Shown: positions 58,154 through 64,000 of the stretch, one piece after another
Numbering within the stretch: position 1 is the stretch's first letter
How the letters are laid out: each line of letters begins with the position of its first letter
Assembly: GCA_964564895.1 (NCBI GenBank)
Contig: CAZMCB010000002.1
Coordinates: 2,721-66,720 of the forward strand
Source of the DNA: an uncultured Pseudomonadales bacterium
GTDB lineage: Bacteria > Patescibacteriota > Microgenomatia > UBA1400 > MFAQ01
Reading direction: 5' to 3'
DNA length: 64,000 bases
The notes under the pieces: model-generated
What the model saw: the letters and a program-made list of their open reading frames with translations, nothing else
What the model was told of the DNA's origin: nothing
Database searches by the model: none
Position numbers and translations under genes: made by a program

Positions 58154-58555
58154 TTATTCTTCAGTCTTTTCCGCTTCTTCGTCTTTTTTTTCTTCAATTA
58201 TCTCAGCGACCTCCTCGAGTGCCTCTTCTTTTTCTTCTACTAACTCTTCTGGGGTTTCAGACTCGAGTTTTTCTTCGATTATTTCTGATTCTTCTACTTT
58301 TTCTGGTTTTGGGGAGCCATCTTCTAAAAGATCAACGATTGCTCTTGTTCCCTTTTGAATGGCAGCGATTCTAACTATTTGACGAATTGATTTGATTACC
58401 TTACCTTCTTTACCGATAACACGGCCTACATCTTCTGGGTCAACTTTAATGAGGTATTTTGTAGCCTCTTTGTCTTCAGTCTGTTCTTCGGTGATTGTGA
58501 CACTTTCGGGATGATTAACGATATTACTAACGATGTACTCGATAAGTTGTTTCAT
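58154..58555 (-). CDS. KH-domain RNA-binding protein (YlqC-like) with acidic C-terminal tail
   Basis: VGRVIGKEGKVIKSIRQI KH GxxG motif. Follows rpsP as in the Bacillus rpsP-ylqC operon. Confidence 0.75.
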   Translation of the reverse strand: MKQLIEYIVSNIVNHPESVTITEEQTEDKEATKYLIKVDPEDVGRVIGKEGKVIKSIRQIVRIAAIQKGTRAIVDLLEDGSPKPEKVEESEIIEEKLESETPEELVEEKEEALEEVAEIIEEKKDEEAEKTEE

Positions 58556-58556
58556 T

Positions 58557-58781
58557 TTATTTAACTAACTTTCTAATGGTGTCTGTTGGCTGAGCTCCCT
58601 TGTTTAGCCATAATTGATAATTTTCCTTATTCAATTCTATCTTGTTTTCGGCATCATGTGGGTTATAGGTACCCAAGGTGTCAATAACCTTTCCAGATAA
58701 TTTGGACTTGTCTTCTGCAACAACGATACGATAGAAGCGTTGATGTCTTTTTCCAGTCGGTTGTAGTTTGATTTTTAGCAT
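58557..58781 (-). CDS. rpsP: 30S ribosomal protein S16
   Basis: MLKIKLQPTGKRHQRFYRIVVAEDKSKLSGKVIDTLGTYNP matches S16. Confidence 0.9.
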   Translation of the reverse strand: MLKIKLQPTGKRHQRFYRIVVAEDKSKLSGKVIDTLGTYNPHDAENKIELNKENYQLWLNKGAQPTDTIRKLVK

Positions 58782-58788
58782 AGCGATA

Positions 58789-59472
58789 TTATATCAGCTC
58801 TATGGCCCTTTTAGCAGCATTCTGCTCAGCATCCTGCTTGCTTTTGCCTGTTCCTGTTGTTAATTCTTTGTTATCTATCATTACGACTACCTCGAATGTT
58901 TTCTCGTGATCAGGTCCTGATTCCTTGATTGTTTTGTAAAGTGGTGAAGAAAAACCCTTTGCCTGAACTTTTTCTTGGAGTATTGATTTTGCATCTTTGA
59001 GCCTATCTTCTTGAATTATGTTTTCTGCGTTTGGCTGAATAAATTTAATAAAAAAGTTATTTGCTGCTTCTAAACCACCATCACAGTAGACTGCTCCAAT
59101 AAGACTTTCGATCACGTCCTCTAAAATTGATGGATTATTTCTGCCTCCAGTTGATTCTTCGCCTTTACTCATATTGATAAAGGTGTCAAATCCATAGTCT
59201 TTGGCTACTTTTGATAAAGCTTCTGTTCGAACAGTGGCAGATCTTGCGGCCGTGAGGTACCCTTCCATTTTGTCGGGATACTTGTTAAATAGATATGTCG
59301 AAATAATCATTTCTAATACGGCATCTCCTAAAAATTCAAGCCTTTCATAGCTTTCGTTGACCCCAGGCTCGTTTAAGCACGAACGATGAGTAAGCGCAGT
59401 ATTTAGGAGACTCTCGTTTTTGAAGGAATAATCTAAAAGAATTTGAAGTGATTTAAGGCTTGGCTTGGTCAT
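58789..59472 (-). CDS. rnc: ribonuclease III
   Basis: RNase III signature ERLEFLGDAVLE, C-terminal dsRBD. Confidence 0.9.
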   Translation of the reverse strand: MTKPSLKSLQILLDYSFKNESLLNTALTHRSCLNEPGVNESYERLEFLGDAVLEMIISTYLFNKYPDKMEGYLTAARSATVRTEALSKVAKDYGFDTFINMSKGEESTGGRNNPSILEDVIESLIGAVYCDGGLEAANNFFIKFIQPNAENIIQEDRLKDAKSILQEKVQAKGFSSPLYKTIKESGPDHEKTFEVVVMIDNKELTTGTGKSKQDAEQNAAKRAIELI

Positions 59473-59842
59473 CTGTATTTTCGGATCTTCCGGTGAGAGC
59501 TATGGCTGATGCTAAAGCTCCGTTGACAAAGCTTGAACTGGTTTTGCCACCATATCGTTTGGCGATTTCAACAGCTTCATCAATAATAACTTTTGTAGGT
59601 GTTTCTGTTTTGAAAAGTAGTTCGTATACTGCTTGTTCTAAAACAGCCAAATCGACTCTGTTTATTTGAGAAATTGGCCATTCTGGAGCACATTTTTGGA
59701 CAATTTCGTCAATTTTTTCTATATTTGCCTGTATTTTGTCAACTCTTGTTGGATGTTCTGGTTGTGCAGTAAAACCTCCAGCAAAGAGTGACTTAAAAAC
59801 AGCAATACGTTTTAGGTGTCTGGGATCTTGGGCAGATTTCAC
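59453..59842 (-). CDS. nusB: transcription antitermination factor NusB
   Basis: R..AR..A.Q.LF N-terminus and AVLEQAVYEL...PTKVIIDEAVEIAKRYGG...SFVNGAL core matching NusB. Confidence 0.8.
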   Translation of the reverse strand: MKSAQDPRHLKRIAVFKSLFAGGFTAQPEHPTRVDKIQANIEKIDEIVQKCAPEWPISQINRVDLAVLEQAVYELLFKTETPTKVIIDEAVEIAKRYGGKTSSSFVNGALASAIALTGRSENTDDQAKP

Positions 59843-59848
59843 AGTATT

Positions 59849-60001
59849 TTATTTAGCTTTACAAACTGGACAAGCAAAATGAGACTTTTTCAAATTTCCA
59901 CATTTTTTACAGATAATCATCTTGGGTTCGATGAGATGGATTTGAGAACGTCTGGCTCCTTGTCTGGCTGTAGAGATTTTTCTTTTTGGTGTAGCGGCCA
60001 T
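59849..60001 (-). CDS. rpmF: 50S ribosomal protein L32 (not in ORF track, 50 aa)
   Basis: Manual translation MAATPKRKISTARQGARRSQIHLIEPKMIICKKCGNLKKSHFACPVCKAK. PKRK.S..R and CxxC...CxxC L32 signature. Confidence 0.8.
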   Translation of the reverse strand: MAATPKRKISTARQGARRSQIHLIEPKMIICKKCGNLKKSHFACPVCKAK

Positions 60002-60036
60002 ATTATTTTTTTATTATTAATGTTACTTTCCCTATT

Positions 60037-62022
60037 TTAGCAAGTTTCGAGCTTACTGGCAATCTGTAGCGCAGTTTTTGGAGATTTAGTTACTAAGGCT
60101 TTTGCGTAGTCTTTGGCGATTAAAAATAATTTTTTGGACCAGAAATATTTTAATCTTGTGGCTAAATTACCGTGTTGTTTTGTCCCAAAAACCTCGCCGG
60201 CTCCCCTTAGACGAAGATCTTTCTGTGCCAGTATTAATCCAGAGTTATGTTTTTGTAGTAGTTGGAGTCGTTCTGTTTCTTCCTCATCATCCGTAGAGGG
60301 AACTAAAAAACAGTAACCTTGTTCTTCTCCTCTACCTACACGCCCTCTTAGTTGATGAAGACTAGCCAGTCCAAATCTTTCGGCAGAGTGAATAATCATA
60401 ATATTGGCAGTAGGGATATCAATACCTACTTCGATTAGCGATGTGGCAACTAGTACCCCACTCCCCTGTTTCTTAAATGTTGTCAATATATTGTTTTGTT
60501 CTTCAGGCTTCATTTTGCCGTGAATTGAGAGAACTGGATATTTGTCCGGAATTATTTTTTGATAAAACTTAGATATTTTTTCAACTGAAGCTACTCCTGT
60601 TTCGTGGTCCTCAATATTTGGACAAACAACAAAAATTTGGCTTCCTTTTGATAGCTGCTGTGCTAACCATTCAGGACTTTTTTTAAAATGAGTTGGAGAA
60701 TATACGTAGGTTTTTGTGGGGACTCTGTTTTGTGGTTTATGGACAATATTGCTGATGTTGATGTCGCCTAGCAATCCAAGCGCTACAGTTCTTGGAATTG
60801 GTGTGGCAGAAAGATTGAATAAATGAGGAATTGGTGTTCGAGATAGCAACTCATCTCTTTGCTTTACACCAAATTTGTGTTGTTCGTCTATGGCAACAAA
60901 GGCTAAAGGATATCTCATTTTGGGTGGAAGGTTTGTTAAAAGAGAGTGTGTTCCGATGTAGATCGAAGGTTTATTGAAATTTATCTTTTCTTTTGAAGAT
61001 CCGGTGAGTAACTGAGTATCTTTTGGAAAAAGTGAGAGTGAGATGAATGTTTTGTAGTGTTGGTTTGCTAGAATCTCTGTGGGTGCCAGTATTGCGCAGC
61101 TAAAATCATTTTCGAGACATTGATTTGCAGCAAACAGTAGGGTGGCAGTCTTTCCTGAACCTGTATCTCCCTGTATTAATCGATGAGTAAAGTCTTTTCT
61201 TTTGAGATCTTTATATAGAGCAGAAACAGTGTTTTCTTGATCTTCAGTGAGTTTAAATGGAAGTTTATTGGCAGTTTTATTTGTTATTTCGGACTTTATA
61301 TTTATTGAGATTGAATCACCTAAATTTTTTAGTTCAATTTGATTTTGTATATTTATCCGAAGATGTTCGTTAAACGACAGCCTGCGGTCTGCCCTGAAAC
61401 GTAACTCTTTTGATTTTGGGAAATGAATGTATTGATAAGCTTCAGGGCTTGACAATAGATTGTGTTTTTTCAGTATATTATCGTCGACGGGATCAGTAAT
61501 ATTTATTAATGGAAGAGTGTTATGGATCTTTGTTCTCAGCCATTTGGAAGTTATTCCTTCTGTTAGCGGATATATTGGCACGAGACCTGCGGTGTTTATG
61601 GAGGGTGTATTTCCCTCTTCAATTACAGGAGAAACGATAGTAATACTTTTTCCCCAAAAAGTAACTTTTCCAGCCACGATGTAGGTTGAGTTTTTTTTTA
61701 TTAATCTTTTTATGTAAGGGTTGTTGAACCATGTAAGAGTTATCTTTCCTGAGGAGTCTTTTGCAGTACATTGTGTAAGGAGTTTCCCTGATTTTGTGAA
61801 AAAGGTACTTACTTTTCCTAGAGTTCCTATGAATACATGATTTTTTCCTACCGAAAGTTGTCTAATTAGGACTGGAGTAGAAAAATCAAAATATCGAGAA
61901 GGATAATGATTTATTAGATCACCTACCTTTTCTATTCCGAGACGAGATAGCTTTTCTAAAGTAGAATCCCCTACCCCTTTGACAACATCTATGGTGTCAG
62001 TTGGGTACAAAATATTGCTCAT
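60037..62022 (-). CDS. recG: ATP-dependent DNA helicase RecG
   Basis: Wedge/OB N-terminal domain, helicase motif I GDTGSGKT, DEQH box, motif VI QLRGRVGRG. Confidence 0.9.
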   Translation of the reverse strand: MSNILYPTDTIDVVKGVGDSTLEKLSRLGIEKVGDLINHYPSRYFDFSTPVLIRQLSVGKNHVFIGTLGKVSTFFTKSGKLLTQCTAKDSSGKITLTWFNNPYIKRLIKKNSTYIVAGKVTFWGKSITIVSPVIEEGNTPSINTAGLVPIYPLTEGITSKWLRTKIHNTLPLINITDPVDDNILKKHNLLSSPEAYQYIHFPKSKELRFRADRRLSFNEHLRINIQNQIELKNLGDSISINIKSEITNKTANKLPFKLTEDQENTVSALYKDLKRKDFTHRLIQGDTGSGKTATLLFAANQCLENDFSCAILAPTEILANQHYKTFISLSLFPKDTQLLTGSSKEKINFNKPSIYIGTHSLLTNLPPKMRYPLAFVAIDEQHKFGVKQRDELLSRTPIPHLFNLSATPIPRTVALGLLGDINISNIVHKPQNRVPTKTYVYSPTHFKKSPEWLAQQLSKGSQIFVVCPNIEDHETGVASVEKISKFYQKIIPDKYPVLSIHGKMKPEEQNNILTTFKKQGSGVLVATSLIEVGIDIPTANIMIIHSAERFGLASLHQLRGRVGRGEEQGYCFLVPSTDDEEETERLQLLQKHNSGLILAQKDLRLRGAGEVFGTKQHGNLATRLKYFWSKKLFLIAKDYAKALVTKSPKTALQIASKLETC

Positions 62023-62166
62023 CTAGAGAAAAGCTGAGATAAAAGTGGTAAGTACAAGAGCTAGTGAACCGATCATGATTATTGCCGTGTAAAATCTTTT
62101 CTTTCTTTTAGTCATGTGTTGTCGTTAATTTAGTTTATTATAGTATTATTGTATTGAAACATATAT

Positions 62167-64000
62167 ATGTATAGAAAGAGAAAACTTAATCTTGGTCCAG
62201 TTTTTAATAAATTCAACTGGGGGAAAATAATCTTTTTTGGTTTAATCGGATTTTCTTTGATCATGATCATTTTGTTTTTGTGGTATTCCCGTGGTTTGCC
62301 AGATCCTGGGAAAGTACAAAGACAGTCTGGTTTTTCTACGGAGATTTTAGATCGAACTGGAGAGACGGTGTTGTATGACGTGATTACCGATCAAGATCGT
62401 AGGTTTACCCCCCTTTCTGAGGTACCACAGAGCCTCAGAGACGCTACTATTTCAGTTGAGGACAAGGATTTTTATAAACATCAAGGGTTTGATCCTCTTG
62501 GGTATCTTCGTATCGTAAAAAACATAATTGTTAACCACCGCTTAATTGGTGGTTCCACCATTACTCAACAGCTAGTAAAAACGGTACTTTTGACAAATGA
62601 AAGAAAAGTATCTCGTAAGATCCGTGAATTTGTTTTGGCTGTACGAATAGAAAAAACATATTCAAAAGATGAGATCTTACAAATGTACCTTAATGAAGTC
62701 CCCTATGGAGGAGGCACTGCAGGAGTTGCGGCTGCTGCCGAACAGTATTTTGGTAAGGAAGTTAAAGATTTAAATCTTACTGAAAGTATTATTTTGGCTG
62801 GTTTGCCTCAATCACCTTCTCGATACTCACCATACATAGGTGAACCTTTAGCCTATGTCCCTCGTGCAAAAGAAGTTGCTCGAAGAATGCGTGAAGATGA
62901 AAAAATTACAAAAGAGCAAGAATCTCAAGTTTTATCAGAACTAGATAAAGTTGTTTTTAGAGGTTTGGGATCAAAAATTAAGGCTCCTCATTTTGTGATG
63001 TATGTTAAACAAATCCTTGAAGACAAGTACGGTACAAACGTGTTGGATGTTGGTGGTTTAAAAGTAACTACAAGTTTGGACTGGGAGTTACAAGAAAAAG
63101 CAGAGAAAGTAGTAAAAGAAGAAATTGATAAAGTATCAAAAAGCTTAAATATCAGTAATGGTGCTTCGATAATGCTTGACACAAATACAGGAGAAATTCT
63201 AAGTATGGTTGGATCAAAAGATTATTTCGATAAAACTATCGATGGTGAAGTAAATGTAACCACAAGACAAAGACAGCCTGGTTCTTCGATCAAACCTTTG
63301 GTTTACGCTAGCGCTTTTAGTAAGGGTTATTCCCCCGCTTCAGTATTGGCTGATGTAATTACAGAGTTTCCAGGGAAAGACGAAAATACTCCTTATATTC
63401 CAAAAAACTACGATGGTAAGGAGAGAGGCTTGTTACACCTAAGAGAAGCTTTGGCTAGTTCAATAAATATTCCTGCAGTAAAACTTCTGGCTCTTACGGG
63501 CGTTGAAGACGTCTTGAGTCAGGGATATAAGATGGGATTTACGACGCTGGAACCTACCAAAGAGACCCTGTCTCGTGTCGGTCTCTCAATGGCGTTGGGT
63601 GGTGCTGAGATTAAGTTAATTGACATGGCCGCAGCTTACAGTTCTTTTGCCAATGGAGGGCTAAAAGTGGAACCTGTTGCGATTTTAAAAATAGAAGACA
63701 GCACTGGGAAGGTAATATTTGAGAATAAACAATTAAAAAAAGAAAAAGTTCTTGATGAAAAGGTGGGATTCCTAATTAACTCTGTATTGTCGGACAATAA
63801 TGCACGTTTGTTGACGTTTGGAGTAAATTCTTATTTAAATCTGGGTAGTAGAGCTGTGGCTGTAAAAACCGGAACAACTAACGATCTTAGAGACAACTGG
63901 ACTATTGGCTGGAGTCGTGACACCATAGTCGGTGTTTGGGTTGGAAATAATAACAATGACAAGATGAAAAATGTTGCTTCAGGTGTGTCTGGAGCTGCTC
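62167..64000 (+). CDS. class A penicillin-binding protein (glycosyltransferase GT51 + transpeptidase), 3'-partial at window end
   Basis: N-terminal TM anchor. GT51 motifs (EDKDFYKHQG, GGSTITQQLVK, RKIRE). Transpeptidase SxxK-type region (PGSSIKP). No stop before position 64000. Confidence 0.85.
   Translation, partial: MYRKRKLNLGPVFNKFNWGKIIFFGLIGFSLIMIILFLWYSRGLPDPGKVQRQSGFSTEILDRTGETVLYDVITDQDRRFTPLSEVPQSLRDATISVEDKDFYKHQGFDPLGYLRIVKNIIVNHRLIGGSTITQQLVKTVLLTNERKVSRKIREFVLAVRIEKTYSKDEILQMYLNEVPYGGGTAGVAAAAEQYFGKEVKDLNLTESIILAGLPQSPSRYSPYIGEPLAYVPRAKEVARRMREDEKITKEQESQVLSELDKVVFRGLGSKIKAPHFVMYVKQILEDKYGTNVLDVGGLKVTTSLDWELQEKAEKVVKEEIDKVSKSLNISNGASIMLDTNTGEILSMVGSKDYFDKTIDGEVNVTTRQRQPGSSIKPLVYASAFSKGYSPASVLADVITEFPGKDENTPYIPKNYDGKERGLLHLREALASSINIPAVKLLALTGVEDVLSQGYKMGFTTLEPTKETLSRVGLSMALGGAEIKLIDMAAAYSSFANGGLKVEPVAILKIEDSTGKVIFENKQLKKEKVLDEKVGFLINSVLSDNNARLLTFGVNSYLNLGSRAVAVKTGTTNDLRDNWTIGWSRDTIVGVWVGNNNNDKMKNVASGVSGAA

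Noticed and set aside
62024-62113. 30-aa minus-strand hydrophobic ORF (MTKRKKRFYTAIIMIGSLALVLTTFISAFL) between recG and the PBP gene
   Set aside because: It could be a small membrane peptide, but it is too short to support without conservation data. It is left unannotated.

Overview
Low-GC, gene-dense, small-protein bacterial chromosome segment. Gene content and architecture suggest a reduced-genome Gram-positive-like / Candidate Phyla Radiation (Patescibacteria)-type organism. This is an inference from sequence composition and gene repertoire, not a database result. The standard genetic code applies, since TGA is used as a stop codon (e.g. rseP).

Conserved housekeeping blocks:
- rseP-HIT
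- rpsU-yqeY-ybeY
- dnaX-ybaB-recR
- cysS
- ychF
- rpsF-ssb-rpsR-ctp
- prfA, rpmE
- dnaB, sodA
- tRNA-Leu(CAA)
- coaD, efp
- dksA-lspA-rluD
- a Kef-type antiporter
- yebC
- a xerC/D-like recombinase
- gyrA-ppa-gyrB
- KH-rpsP-rnc-nusB-rpmF-recG
- the start of a class A PBP

The largest functional unit is a 12-kb type IV pilus / competence-pilus-like locus (46.0-58.1 kb). It carries pilB-pilT-pilC, a major pilin, pilD, eight further prepilin-like genes and pilM-pilN-pilO. No secretin is present.

Observations that merit a second look:
- three tandem, translationally coupled, divergent paralogs of an unknown small acidic protein after ybeY;
- a GC-rich multi-hairpin element upstream of ybeY;
- a 1-kb ORF-free, AT-rich region (35.2-36.2 kb) with two perfect DnaA boxes and tandem 14-bp repeats, lying at a convergent gene-orientation switch next to a Xer-type recombinase and a block of hypothetical genes;
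- a duplicated tRNA-Leu 3' end plus hairpin, resembling an att-site scar;
- a conserved ~30-nt motif pair flanking the rpmE unit.

Many ORFs are hypothetical and their boundaries are approximate.
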